Notes under the pieces: model-generated | Database searches by the model: none | What the model was told of the DNA's origin: nothing | Seen by the model: the letters and a program-made list of their open reading frames with translations, nothing else | DNA from: a bacterium | GTDB lineage: Bacteria > UBA8248 | Direction of reading: 5' to 3' | Length of the DNA stretch: 64,000 bases | NCBI GenBank assembly: GCA_965213685.1 | Contig: CBDBZY010000064.1 | Span: forward strand, 736,001 to 800,000 | Translations under genes and position numbers: made by a program | Part shown: positions 17,415-31,306 of the stretch, piece by piece | Position numbering within the stretch: the first letter of the stretch is position 1 | How the letters are laid out: each line of letters begins with the position of its first letter

Positions 17415-17636
17415 ATGCAGTCACCACTTCCGTGAGGGAAACTGCCCCCACTTCACTCCTATGGGCTCTGTTGCAGTACGTTTGCACAAGGTACACTCCA
17501 GGCGCAGGTAGCTGCTCATGAATATCAATGTGGTATATACACTGGGAGAGTGGTGTCTGGTGTGGGCAATTAGTTTGGTTAGCTACCACAACCCTAGACT
17601 GTATGGTTTCTGCTGTAATAGTACTGCACAGCCAGA

Positions 17637-17870
17637 GCTACACAGCCACACAGCCACACAGCCACACAGCTACACAGCCACACAGCCACACAGCCACACA
17701 GCTACACAGCCACACAGCCACACAGCCACACAGCTACACAGCCACACAGCCACACAGCTACACAGCCACACAGCCACACAGCCACACAGCCACACAGCCA
17801 CACAGGGAGGACAGAGTATACACCTCAACAGGTCCACACAGGGAGGACAGAGTATACACCTCAACAGGTT
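17637..17870. repeat. CACAGC(C/T)A-based minisatellite followed by a 36-bp duplication
   Basis: Tandem cacagcca/cacagcta units to ~17804; ccacacagggaggacagagtatacacctcaacaggt x2. Confidence 0.85.
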
Positions 17871-18312
17871 CGTTGGATAGGACATGAATGACAGGAATGC
17901 TGAGTGGCTTTGTCTGAGGTCACATGATTTAGGCTGCTCTAGATGTTTATGTAGACAGTCTACAGTGTATGTCTGTCCCAGTTTAATTGTAACACATACA
18001 AGAAGAACAGGACAAAGAGCAGCAGACTGATTCACGTATGCATAAACATTACTGCAGTCAGAGGAGAATGACATTGAAGATGACCACACATGTACACTGT
18101 GTATTGGTGGCAGGGCCAGACTTCATGCCAATATCTAGCTGCACAAATACACGTACTCCCCTGCATTAAGGGCCAGACTGGTCATGTGCAAGCTAGGGTG
18201 TGGATGTGGCAATACAATCATGATGTACATGTACATGTACATGTACATGTACATGTATGTGTACATGTACGTGTACTCCAACATGGTGTGTATTGTGCCA
18301 TGTGCACAGGAG

Positions 18313-18379
18313 TAGCCTCATACCCAGGCCACGTGGGAGGGGCCACTTCCCTGCACGACATGGCCTGGACACAAGGCTA
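18313..18379. mobile_element. TAG...CTA palindromic mini-element with 9-bp TSD
   Basis: gcacaggag | tagcctcatacccaggcca...tggcctggacacaaggcta | gcacaggaa (8/9 TSD match). Confidence 0.75.
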
Positions 18380-18748
18380 GCACAGGAAATCACTTTGCTT
18401 CTCTCAGGCCTTATGGAGTACCACAAATTTCACATCTACTGACATAGTACAAAGGTCACCACATTGCGTACATTCTTCCATGAGTTGCACGAGCACAAGA
18501 AGGAGAAGAAATTGTTAATAACTACTCAGAAAACCGCTCAGACATGTACGCAAGACTCAATATCCAACTTCCTGACATTCCACGGGCTGGGTATGCCGTG
18601 GTGATACAACAGAGCCCATGGCAGTTAATTAGTGGTAGTTACAGTATGATGCAATCCACCTCCCCCAGTGGCTCACCTGCACCACTGGCCTGTGTGCCGT
18701 GTGCAGTGCTGGATTGTCCCACAATCTTATCGGCCCCAGCCCTGCCCC

Positions 18749-18779
<31 letters not shown>

Positions 18780-21700
18780 TGGACTTGGTCTGACCAGCTT
18801 AAGTGCAGCCACATGTACTTCTCCGTGAGATTATTATGAGGAATGATGCAGTAGCAGTGAATGCTGTCGTCAATGGCTAACTACATGTAGATGATGTCAC
18901 AAAACCTGTGTTTGTTAATGCTGTGCTCCACCATAGCAGTAACTTCTCTCTCCCCTTCCCTGATGCCCATGATGCCTCTGGTGCTTTTGATTCCCTGATT
19001 CCCTGATGCCTCTGGTGCTTCTGGTACCTTTCCTGCTTCCACTCACCACCTACATGCATGTATTGGGCTAGTGTCATTAAATTGTGCTAGGGCACCTTCC
19101 ACTCCTCCTTTCTCCTCACTCATCACCCACATACACCCCATTACTGTACTCTCAGAAAAATAAACTGGCAAAGATGCACAAGGAGGAATAAGGCAGGGCA
19201 CATCACTGATGCTATCAGGTTCCAACTCATAGACACAGTGACTGGCAACCTGTGAACCCAGCCACAATAGTGCCCAGTAAAGGGAGCCACAATCACTGAT
19301 GACCTGTGAACCCAGCCACAATAATGACCAGTGATCTGTGGACCCAAAAGGAAACCCTCCATTGGGGTGCTGCGAAATTGCAGAGGACGTCAATTGGGAG
19401 TGCTACGGGTTGAGCGATGGTCATCAATCACTGCATAAGGGAACACTATGGAGCAGGAGAGAGCCACATGGAGACTGGCAGAATGGGAGGCAGTAATTGC
19501 TATGTAAACAATACTAATAGCTTGCACATGTAAGGCTGCAAGTACATGAAGGTTACTCTGCACTGACTAATTACCTGAAGAGAGGTGGTGTTCTTGGAAG
19601 TGCGTACACTCTCCTAACCTTCTCACAAGACCTGTTCCTTTCACAAAACAGAAACTAACCAATACTGGCTTGCAGACAAAAACACAACACCGTGAAGCAT
19701 ACCTTTCCACATGTGTTGGTGCCTACAGGTATAGTTACATGTACATGTAGGTTATGCACCTGCACACCTGCCCTTATACTGGGGGGCATGATGTACACTG
19801 TACGTGTATGCACTCCAGAATACTTACACATCCCACTATAGCCACATACATGTACATAATACATATGCACATACTAAAAAAATTTTGTAGGTTGGGAACT
19901 TGTTCAGCATGGCACACTAGCCACTTCCTCCATCAATACTGTACTTATCGAAAAGTACACAATAGCCTACATGTGCTTCCGCCATCAGAAGACAATGAGC
20001 CATACTTTAATTGGAAAAGTGTACAACTTAACACTCAGAGCTGCTTACACACTAACCAAACAGGTGCACAATGTCAGTCTGTAAGAGAAAGGAGAGTACC
20101 CATCTCTTTGTGGCAGTTGTGCTGCCTCAGACACCATTCTGACTGCTGCACGGACCCTCCCATTGACCACTGTACAATCGAGATGAATAGATGAAGATTT
20201 CAGGTTGGGATTTCTCCCGGGCGAGGTAATGAGCAAGCTGTGCGATGTGTGGGGGCTAGTGACCAGGCTGCATGCCATACCATGGGCCACACTGCCCTGG
20301 GCAGCATGTACCTGTAAGGGCATATATACATGTACATGTGCATGTATTTAGCCTCATACTGCACCTTTAATAGGCCGCTTGGTGTACATGTATATGTGTG
20401 AGGGAGGGCCAGGGTCACTCTCCAAATGCATATCAGGCCCATGCTGAGTATGCTTTCAAGGGCAGGGCAAAGACAAGCAAGAACCAAGGTGGATACAGAT
20501 GTTACAGTGTCCCCACTTGGTAGGTGGTTGCACTTCTTATGCACAGAATAGCTACACATGTACATGTACATGTGTATGGAACTCACAAAGGCAACATCTC
20601 CTCTTACCTACATGTATACGTAGAAATGGACATCTACATACAAGTCAAAGATAAACTATACTTTCACCCACACACATATTACACACACACAGGGCTAGTG
20701 GCTTTCAAAACCCCCAAGGATGGCGGTTGCTTACGGTTTCTCAATAAACCAAGACATGGAATGTGTGCACACAGCATGAGATGGAGGAGGGAGGGAGAGG
20801 GAGGAAGATGAGAAGAGTCATGAAAGGAGTGAGGGACACACTGAGGGAGGAAGGGAGGGAAGTTAAACAGGCATTCCCGGTAGGGGGGAAATACATTAAG
20901 AAGAACGGAGGAAGCAAACCAGTGAGGGGGGAATTACACTACTGTCTTCAGATGTGAGTTTGGGAGTCACAGATGAAGAGATGGTTTACACTACATAGCA
21001 TGTGTTAATTCATATACTACATCCCTTTTGCTCTAGACATAACCTGCAACAGAGTATGTGCACCAAGCCAGAGGCCATCTGGAGTACACTTCCAATAGTA
21101 GCCACGGTGTGGTATACACTTGAGGTATAGTATAGCCACTGTGTTTTTGGTCACTGTATTTCATTACTGGAGCATATCAATGGCCCCACAGAGTCCAACG
21201 CACACTACAAATTACTTACAGGTACGGCAATACTCCACTGAACTACACATCACAAGGAGGAGGAGGGGGGAGGGGGGGGGAGTGGGGATCAAGTATCACA
21301 ATATGCAGTTTCATATAACACAGTAGAGCCACCTTCACCTTTGGTACCTGACCCCCACCTGACATTATGGTCAACAATATCAGCATCCAGCGTTGTTTAT
21401 GTAGAGCACCGACAAACTGTTACCACGAGATCAACAGCATATAAAAACATCTGATGTATACCTCAATACGTGCACCCTCACCCACAGTTCTGCTACTAGT
21501 TTACTGATTTATACCATGTACATGTACATGCCTCCTCATTTTTCCTACGTGGAAGGATACAATACGTGGTTTCCTCGGCTAGACAGCTCAGAAGCCAGTA
21601 GAGGCCACTAATTATTCAGCATAGGTCATAAACAAGCTTAAAACTTAATTCCTCAATGACTGGCATAATTGATTCTCATTGCAACAGTGTGCGCACGCTG

Positions 21701-22452
21701 GGATTCATACAGACTGGGCATCTCGAGTATTGCTCCCCTCCCCCCACCACAGAATATGTGTGGCATTCACTCTGCCTAGGAATCACCACCATAAGCAGTC
21801 TTAAGGCCTTCTCAGTTTTCCATAAAAACCTGCGATCTTCAAGGAGTACACATACATGTACATGCACCAGTACTGCCTGTGGGTGTCAGTGTGTATCATG
21901 CACACACAGGAGGAGAAAGTATGCTCAGCCCACAACTTTACATTCCACACAGACAGGAGGTTGCCTTTCATTTGGGCAAACAAATGCCTTTGACTTGTGT
22001 ACATGGACTGTGGCACACTGATATTGCATTGCTACATGTACAAACAGTGATGCTACCAGTTCAGTGCTGAAACTTCATTGTACATGTACTGTATGTGCAT
22101 TACAGGTACATGTACATGTACATGTATGTGTAGTGGTCAATGCCTGTACAAACATGTAATTGCCAAGTGCCTTAGCACAAGGCATCTAATTTGGCAGCAT
22201 TGTTGGTCCGCGTTTGTATATATGTATGTATATACATGTATGTCCGTCACACTTTTCTGTACATGCGCCTGTAGAATACTTTGTGTACTCCTATGCACAC
22301 ACTTGCACTGTAGAGTCAGTCATGGGTGAGCCAACATAGCTATATAGTGGACCCAATGTATGGCCATAGTTCCCTACGCATGTATTACATGTGTTGGTAC
22401 TGTAGATGGAGCCTGATGAGCCTGGACCCTTCAAGGGCTGCATGTACATGTA

Positions 22453-22572
22453 CTCTTAGATCAACCACCACGGCTATGTATACTGCACGAGGGCTGCTCT
22501 TAGATCAACCACCATAGCTATATACATGTACACTGCGTGTAGGCTGCTCTTAGATCAACCACCACAGCTATA
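22453..22572. repeat. ~45-50 bp tandem repeat x3 (ctcttagatcaaccacc..agctata)
   Basis: Core ctcttagatcaaccacca at ~22453, ~22497, ~22547. Confidence 0.8.
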
Positions 22573-22676
22573 CACACTGCACAAGGCATTCTCCTGTGCA
22601 CACTGCGTATACCAAGTTATTCATATACATGCACATGTACATGATGAAAATATTTTTAGAGAACTGTGATAAACCG

Positions 22677-22759
22677 GCAGCCACCCGGGTTTGAACTGGG
22701 GGCCTCTGACTTAAGCTGTCAGTGCTCTACCACCTGAGCTATGGCCACCGGGTGACAGC
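22677..22759 (-). mobile_element. tRNA(Lys CTT)-like repeat (family B)
   Basis: Near identical to the copy at 17157-17238, including the 5' flank gctgtcacc(c/t)ggtggcc. Confidence 0.7.
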
Positions 22760-23444
22760 ATGTAGGCATGTAGGAGCCAGATAAAGATATACATGGAAAA
22801 GGTTGTGGTAAAAGGGCATCACCGAGTACAAGCACTGTGCACACAGCCCTGAGGAGGGGGAGAGAGCATTTGATGCGGCTCAGGTGAACAACATCCTGTG
22901 CAGGGTAAATATTCCCCCTTCTGTTTGTACATGTCGTACACACACTCACGGAAACAAGCAGAAGAGAGAGGGACTCATCGTGTGAAGATTCCCATAGCAC
23001 AAGCCTTGAACACTCTGCCATAGAGATTCCATGAGATTCACCATCCCAGGAACCTGCAGACACCACTAATGTCTATATTTGACACAAACCAGTGAGACCA
23101 GCCCATACTGTGGCCTAAACAAAGAGTTATTGATGCTTCAGAAACCTATGGCCCCCTATCTCTAGTATGAAGAGTGCTAGCAGTCCATTCAGGTGTGTGG
23201 TGTACATGTGTACATGTACCTTCAACACCTCTGGACCTTACAGACACATGTACATGTACATGTACTGTGCATTTGTGGTTGCACTAGACAAGCCATTCCT
23301 TCAACCTAGCCAAATGTTAAGATAATTGGATAGGAACAATTTTCTGGCCAGACTACAATCTTACAAGGTATATGTACACTGTACATGTTGGTCAATGTAC
23401 ATGTATAGGTATATGCATAATGTACATGTACATGTAGATTCTCA

Positions 23445-24015
23445 AAGAGACAAGGCTATACCTGAAGACAGTTATTTCTTCACACAGAAAAAATGACCTG
23501 CCTCAGGCAAGACTCAAACCTGCAACACACTGCATACAGTGCAGATGCTCTACAAAACTGAGCTCAGTACTGATTACAAGTACATGGATCGATCAGTCAT
23601 AGAGACAAGGCAAAGGAAGGCAGCTATACCTGAAGACAGGTCTTTTTTCCGGAAAAAAAATGAGCTGCCTCAGGCGTAATTTGAACACATGACATCCTGT
23701 ATACCATACACAACCAAAGCAGCCCAGATGGGCAGGCTGAATATTTAAGGTTTATACATGCACAAGGGCAAAGGCGTCTCTTCCCTGCTAGATAGGGTTA
23801 CTCTAAACTCAGCACTAAGGAGTGGGCTGGGGTAGTCAAACCACCAAAGACACCCAACTTCATAGTGAGTAATTACATGATCAATCAGCCATAGAGACAA
23901 GGCAAAGGAAGGCAACTGCACCTGGAGACAGCTCTTTCTTCCAGAGAAAAAATGAGCTGCTTCAGGCGGGACTCGAACCCAACAACACCTCCACACCATG
24001 CAGATGCTCTACCAC
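23445..24015 (-). mobile_element. Three tandem partial copies of the family A-related tRNA/SINE-like repeat
   Basis: agagacaaggc..cctg(a/g)agacag..aaaaaatga(g/c)ctgc(c/t)tcaggc recurs at ~23446, ~23601, ~23893. Confidence 0.7.
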
Positions 24016-25499
24016 ATGCACACACAGGTACCAACTCACACTGGATAAATGCCTGCCAAAGTTTGGGTATTCACATTTAATTCAATAAAGAAACACTGAA
24101 AAAGTAGTGCCCTACAACCCAAGAGGTTCCTCTCCCCCTCTCCAAAAAATAGCCGCATTCATTATGCAATTATAGTCATTACATGCTTTAAAACTTTTCC
24201 AGAAACTCCACACAACCAGTAGCAGTCAAAACCACACCTGTCCCCATCCCATTTCAGAGTGACACACAAATCCATTTGAGTCCAGACTGCCCACACAAAG
24301 TCATGACACAGAACACACTCTCCTAACTCAATAGTACAGCATAATTAGGTCCCTCAGAGTCACAAGCTTGGACAACAGCCCACCAACATACATGTACATG
24401 TAGCACCATGTAGGGAGACCTACTACTTGAACACAATACCTCCCCACAGGCTGTGATAACAGACTACTCTCAAAGCTCTGCAGACCTGTGGACTAGTATG
24501 CTGACTAGTGCACTTTACTCCAATGAACACCACACATCTACAGTGACCAAACTCATAATTACATGTACATGGCCTTATCAGGACCACTTAGGTACAAGTG
24601 CAGGTACTTTTTCCCAACTACTCCCCCATTGGTTAAAAAAACACTGGTAAGAGCAGATCCATTTTCAGCATCTCAACACTACTACTACTCTGAACACCCC
24701 CTCCCCCTCTCCTGAGCCACAATGGAGGCTGCACCAGTAGCCCTGCAAGACATGCTCACAGGAAAAGAGCACCTCATGTGTCTGCATGAAGCTTCCCAAG
24801 TTCAAGGAAATACTATCTATTAGCCAAGAATGGGTACCCACAATCGGACTCTGAAAGTGTCCAAGGGAACTGGAGTATAACTGCACACATTGCTGGGATA
24901 TGGTGTGGACTTCCACACTAATAACAAAAATTGCGCCAAATTGAAACTTGCTAGTACCTCATTTGATCAAGGTACATGTACATACCTGTAGAGCAGCCAT
25001 GTTACGGCATGTACATGTACATATAGTATGCATGTGGCAGGACTTGACATACAGTACATGTACATGTACTTGTACTTGTACAATGCGAATAAAGCACCCA
25101 GCAGGGCAGGGCAGGGCAGGGCAGGGCAGGGCAGGGCAGGTAGCTCAAGATTAGACAGTGTGCTCACCAGGGCCACCTGGTACAGTGACTGTCTGGCTGT
25201 GCGTAGTGTGCAAGTTGCTCAGGCACAGGACGATGCAGAAAGCCGACACGCACACAACACACAGTGACGGGACACACTTCTCCTTCAGGGGCACCATGGA
25301 GATATTGCTGATGGGTCCCAGACCACGTGTGACACGGTGAATACACCTGGCGCCCCGTACATACACTTCATACCTTACTCGTGCATCGAAGCAGTGTTCA
25401 ATACATTCTCTTAGCTCTATTACCGGATACTTACCACAACACTGTTTCCCTATCAAACCCAGAACTTTATCGGACTTATACCTGCACATAAACGTTCAC

Positions 25500-25800
25500 A
25501 TATGATAAAGGCGCGTTGTCACTGGTACATGGTATCGGTACATGGTGCACCGCGCGCGCGTACGCGTATAAACACAGCACGCGTCACACTGCACTGTACG
25601 CTGTACAAACCGCAAAACCGGCCGCGCCGGTTTTAATCCCGGGTGCTCTGCGCATGCGCTACACTTAGTAGTAAATAAATGTAATCGTCTACAAGTTCTT
25701 ACCAGATTCCTGGAGGAGGACGCGTGCAGTTACGTTGGGTTTCGGTGCGGGACAAAGCCTCGGGGAAGAGACGCACGGTGTCGAGTCAAAGACGGAGCAT
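25500..25800. promoter_or_regulatory. CpG-rich island, candidate bidirectional promoter between paralog 1 (-) and paralog 2 (+)
   Basis: Dense cgcgcg/gcgcatgcgc in a CpG-poor background; tataaa at ~25567; candidate donors on the - strand (~25372, ~25481) and + strand (~25807); both genes have an acceptor just upstream of their ATG. Confidence 0.4.
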
Positions 25801-28042
25801 TTTCAAGGTGTGTGGATGGCCTCTGATAGCTTTATTGATGCTAGAGAACATCTCTGCAGTTACGTCAAGCTTCCAAGTACGCCCTTTTTATCTGATAGGT
25901 GTCATTGCCTATATGAAGAATCGCACTTTTGAGGTAGAACTCTCCCAAGCCCCTGCTGTGAGATGTTATCATAACAACCAGAATCAACCAAGGCCAAAAA
26001 ATTAATACCTCAAGCCAAATTATTGGGATTAGTTATCAACCCCCCTCAGCATATACAATTCTGACTCATACAAATCTAGGGCAGCACATATACCTGTACT
26101 CCATGTCAAAATCCACACCCTCTCCCTGTGGTTTGTATGTGGTATCGGTGTCGTTGGGGGAGGAGCAAGAGCTACATGGAATGGTACTGTTAAAATGGAC
26201 AATGGTAACTAAAGTATTAGCTGCACAGCAGCTCTTGTACTTGTAATTGGATTGTAGATTGTGTATTGCCTATTGTCTTGTTATGAATGTGGTGTACATG
26301 TTGGCTCAACGGCAGACATGTTTACATTCCATATACTGATTGCTGGCAGTGGATGCCACAGATCCTGGTCTGACCTCGTTTCCTCCTAGTCAAACAGGAT
26401 ACACTGGGCCAGATTACCAGATCAAATTGCACAGAGCTTCCAGCAGTTACTGTTGTTTCAACCAATGCCATATTAGGAGCATATTTCTGAATGACAGGCA
26501 GTCTCCCCCAAGTTCAATTAATAAACTACTGTACTTGACAAATGTAATTAAGTCAGTACCAGTCTGGCCCCTTCTGGGACTGGATTTTTGGAATAGCAGA
26601 TGGTCAAAGACCTAATTTGTCCTGCAGGTTGGACGGCATGTTTGGACGTTGTGCTTCTCTGTGCATGTCTCTACTAGGTACTCACTGCAACACTGCAACC
26701 CCATAGGGGTAGGTGGACCTTTGCTCATTTAGTTGCCTTAGAAATGCCGTATGTTGCCCACTCTTGGACTTCGTCTTTTGGCCAATAACCACAATGAACA
26801 CCTGACTTCCTACCCAGTGCAGTCAGACTGGTGCAAGGGACTAGATGACCCCAGACCCCCCTCCCCCCCCCCCTGAAGACAGTGTATTGTGGTCAGGTCT
26901 AAGCAAACAAATTATCCTTCTCTTTTGAAGCATCAAGTCGCCAAACTTCCCTGCATCTTGAGAGTGCCACCTCACAGCTCACCACCACTACAACCACACT
27001 TCCTGCCCATTCAGTTCTGCCCTGTGCAGCATTTCATGCTACGCTAAGGGCACTGTATCTGAACAGTAATGTGTAACATTCATACAATGAACATTGAAGA
27101 ACTGTTTTTACCCTTTCCCATTCCACTAAATTTACCACCTTGATAAAGACTATTACAGACAATCAAATTGCACATCCCCAACGTGCCTTTGAGTGTCCAA
27201 GTAGATCCTTCAAACACTCATACATGTACATACAACTTATCACCTTGTCTGTCTGCCTTCCTAGTGCCCATTCAGACAAGTAATTATTGATATCATACAT
27301 CCTCTCACCTCCCTGGCGCACTGTGGTGGGGATATTGTCACTGCCTTCAACCATAATTAGAGAATCTCAACCTGGTGCAGCCATAAAAACAAGCCAGACT
27401 CCATGACTCCAGGTTGCTAGGGCACTAGGATGCAGCAACCACACTGTTACTGTACTTACATGCACAATCTATGGCAGATTGTGTGTTGATAATTCAATAC
27501 TGATTGTTGGTAGGAGGTTCAAAGGCTACTGGCGCCCGGGCTATCACAGGGATACTTAGTATCTGGTGCCATAGGGACAAGTGTGTGGCAGCATAAGAGT
27601 ATAATACTTAGTGCGTGGCGCCATGAGGGTATACGTGGGGTGTGCTGCACTAATGTGTGGAGTATAATACTGCACCATAGAGATACGTAGGGTGTGGTGC
27701 CCTACCGATAAGCATGAAACTATAGTATGTGGCGCCATAGGGTGTGATGCCGTAAGGATCAGCGTAAGAGCACATGTCGTGTCATACGGCTACATAGGAG
27801 TATATGCTTAGTACGTGTATGTGGTGCTGTAGGGATGTACATGCACATGTACATGTACCTAGGATGTGGTGTCAGAGACTCCATGATGAGCACATCAGCT
27901 AAAACAGAACACCAGAAGTAGTGTTTCGGCTGTATGTGTTTATGTTTGTTGTATGTGTTGGCCATTGTGTGGTGGTTGTGTGCTGTTGTTACTGGTGAGG
28001 TGTGCAATATTTGTGCTAGTTTTGTGAGAATAGCCATGACTC

Positions 28043-28081
<39 letters not shown>

Positions 28082-28821
28082 CAAACACACATACTTGCTC
28101 ACTAACTAGCACTCACTCACTAACTCACTCACTCACTCACTCACTCACTCACTCATTCACTGTACATGTATGTACTCTCAGGAAAACCACTATAGTAAGT
28201 ATTAAGTGCCTTCTGTTCGAATATCCTGCACCTCCCCCATACTATTTCCTGTCCTGCCCAGTTCCATTTCCTCTAAGGAAACCATGGCATGGCCAGTGTT
28301 TGTACATGAAGTCTGAGACCTTCCTGGTATGCCTGCTATATTGGCAAGGGAAATTTCAACAGTATGTCATGTACACGGCACATGGGCTCCCTCGTGATGT
28401 CTAGTACCAGGTGTTTGGCCATCCAAGTAGCTATTGGCATGCAGAAGGCTCACACTTGTGTCCATGCACAGCCTTGTGATACTTTCACTTGCCAAAATGT
28501 TTAGGTCACATGAGACCCATATTAGGTTCTCCTCCACATACGCAATGTGTAAACATATTAGGGCTCCATCCTGCTAGTAATTAGACCTGTATGTTATTAA
28601 CATTTTGCAGGTGTACTCATGCATGCACAAGGGGCGGCTGACCGGAAGCATGACATTACCTTGCATGGTGTACCATGTACTGCTTCTGTATCATGTTGTC
28701 ACCTAGCAATGTATCCTCCTCCTCCTCCTCCTCCTCCTCGTCCTCCTCCTCCTCCTCTTCCTCCCTCTTTATCCTCCACTCTGCTCCACCTACACAGGGT
28801 TCACAGGTACACCACTCAAGG

Positions 28822-31306
28822 ATGGCTGAGAATGATTACCACATCTACAAAGTTCCCCGGCCCACGTACCATCACTCCTCCTCCCACCCACCCTCTCCCC
28901 CACTCCCAATGCGAATACCCATTCACCACACCACCACCGCCAGTACAATGGCCAGCAGCCACTCCTATCCTGCCCAGCTAGCCAACACTGCTACACCTCC
29001 TCTACCACCACGCAACCGCAGCATGAGCGACCACTCAGCATCTCAAGCACTTAACGAAGCTCTCCCCACCATACAATCGCCACCAGTCCGTGATGCAACT
29101 GCAAGTCCAGTTGTTGCTCCAACGAAGAGATGGTGGAGTGCATCAAAGACCTTGCCACGGTTTAACAGCATGCGGGAAAAGCGCACAATGCCTGTACTGC
29201 CAGGCATATGGAGCCAAACAAAACGCCGTTCCAGTGACGACTCTGCAGTGGCGATGAGCAGCCCAAGCACTCAGTCCTCACTCAGTGAAGAGCGCCCAGT
29301 GCAATTCGATCTGAGTCCTACTGAAAGTGATAGGTCATTCTCTTCTCTACTTTCCAACTACCTCACACTTGGGGAGCTTGTGGAGAAGCATGCACACTCA
29401 TTCCCCTTCCAGATCCGAGCCAAGCAGAGCTACAGCTTCCAAGCCTCACAGATCACCATCCTGAACTCTGACGTGTACAATCTGTACTTCGTTAAGAAGC
29501 AGAAGGTGGTCACCATGCAAGACAAGCTGGGTAGCTCATACATCGTCCCTGTCAATTCTGCAGTCCAATTTGGCTACATTAATCCATCCGACAGTAATGC
29601 AAGGCATCGCTCGCTTGCTTACAAGTCTTTTCCCAAGGTGTCTGATCTGATGGCTCTCAGTGCAGCTGAAATGCCAAAAGTCGTCTGCGCCCAGAAAGAA
29701 TTCAAGGGCCAAAACAAGAAGTCATCACTGGAACAAAACGAGGTATTGCTGATCATCCAGACCCAGAGGAACAAGCTGTCTGGCAAGAAGTACCTCAAGG
29801 TGTACAGCTTCCTGACAAAATCCAGAAAGACTCTGCCAGCAGAGTGTTGTGCTCAGTTCACTACCAATCCCGGGCACCTTCGGTTGCAATTGACAGACCT
29901 AATGGAGGTTGCTCCAGACTTCTTTCCTTTCCAGGCTGTCATCTACTTGGAGAAGCGATTCACTTCTTCCCTGCGTGACTTCCCATCCACTCTCCTACAT
30001 CCTGAATCGTATGTCACGCTGACCGAGATGAAGACACAGCAAACTGTCGTGGCCTCAGTGGCCAATGATTTGTCGATAAGTAGCCTGGCCCCACCACTGC
30101 TTGATATTCCCGTGAGAGGATCGCTGGCTAACCTGCAGATTGAGATTTTATCATCATCACAGAATAACGATGTCCTCAATTCTGAAGCAAGGAGAGTTTA
30201 CGAAGAGCTAGACATCAGTTCTCTGCAATCACTGGAAGACAGTGCCACTGACAGGGCTTATAGTACGCAGTGCCTCTTCCACACCATACTGCAGAAGGGG
30301 GCCGAGAAGGCAGGAATGATGATAGTGTCTCCTGTAGCCGCCTGCCAAAACCAGATGCCCGAGGAGACCCCTTCACTCACGAAGATGCCACCAGATTGGG
30401 AACCAGAATCGGAGTCAGAAGAAGAGCACTATGAGAAACTCAAGAACTGGACGACCTCAGACCTACAGAGCGAGGGGTCATTGGTGCTACCATATGATGC
30501 CCAATCCACCTCCTCAGCTTCTCCATCAACGTCCTTTGTTTCCCATGCCCTGTTCACGCCAGTGAGTGTGGGCCACTCCTACAGGGTGCATCATTTCAAG
30601 CCACTCGGCAATTCACCAAGGGACTCTTGGTTGTCCCCCCACCCTACCAGCGATGAAGATTATGAAGTGATGGATCCAGCAGTGCATCCTGAAAGCCGAC
30701 ACTTCAACAAGGAGACCATCTCTGAAATCCGCACAGCAGTCCAACTACTTGAGGATAGAGTCGAAATTGTGGAGAAGAAGGTACCAGAGTACCTTGAGTT
30801 GAAGTCAATGATCCAGTCCCTATGTTCCAGGGTAGAGTCACTCGAGAAACACTTGCCATCCTTCACCAACCACGTCACCTCTGATTTTGAAACACCACAA
30901 ACACCTGACACCAACTTAGCATACCTTCGATCACTTGATATCTCTCAGGTGAGATGTTGCCCTAATGCCTGTATGTGCTGCAGAGATTAATTGTATGATA
31001 GGCCACTGATAGTTTTGTATTAACTACAAAATTAATGTCAAATTTCTTTCTTTATTCCCATCTCAGGTGCAGGAGTTGCTGGAGATGATGAATCTTTCCC
31101 AATACAAGGGGAGCTTCTGTCGTGAGGATGTCTCTGGTGAAGAGCTGAGTAGGTTTGATGAAGACATCCTTGAAAATCGCCTGGGAGTGAAGCAGCGACT
31201 CCATCGCAGGCGACTGATGATGATCATAAATGGTACGAAGCCTGTCCAAGAATTTTTGAATGGTGATTCCTATGTTAAACTTCAGCGAGAATACCACAAG
31301 ATGTAA
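28822..31306 (+). CDS. CABIT-coiled coil-SAM adaptor-like protein, paralog 2, ~788 aa; exons 28822-30948, 31067-31306
   Basis: Long ORF; LTLGELVEKHAHSFPFQI..VYNLYF..VPVNSAVQFG..LPAECCAQF; donor CAG|gtgaga at 30948, acceptor ctcag|GTG at 31067; SAM VQELLEMMNLSQYKGSFCREDVSGEEL..LGVKQRLHRRRL; start placed at MAENDY after acceptor ~28806. Confidence 0.85.

Noticed and set aside
28675-28821. Poly-Ser N-terminal extension of the 771-aa ORF
   Set aside because: The (TCC)n run reads better as the pyrimidine tract of an intron ending at cacag ~28806; the start was placed at ATG 28822
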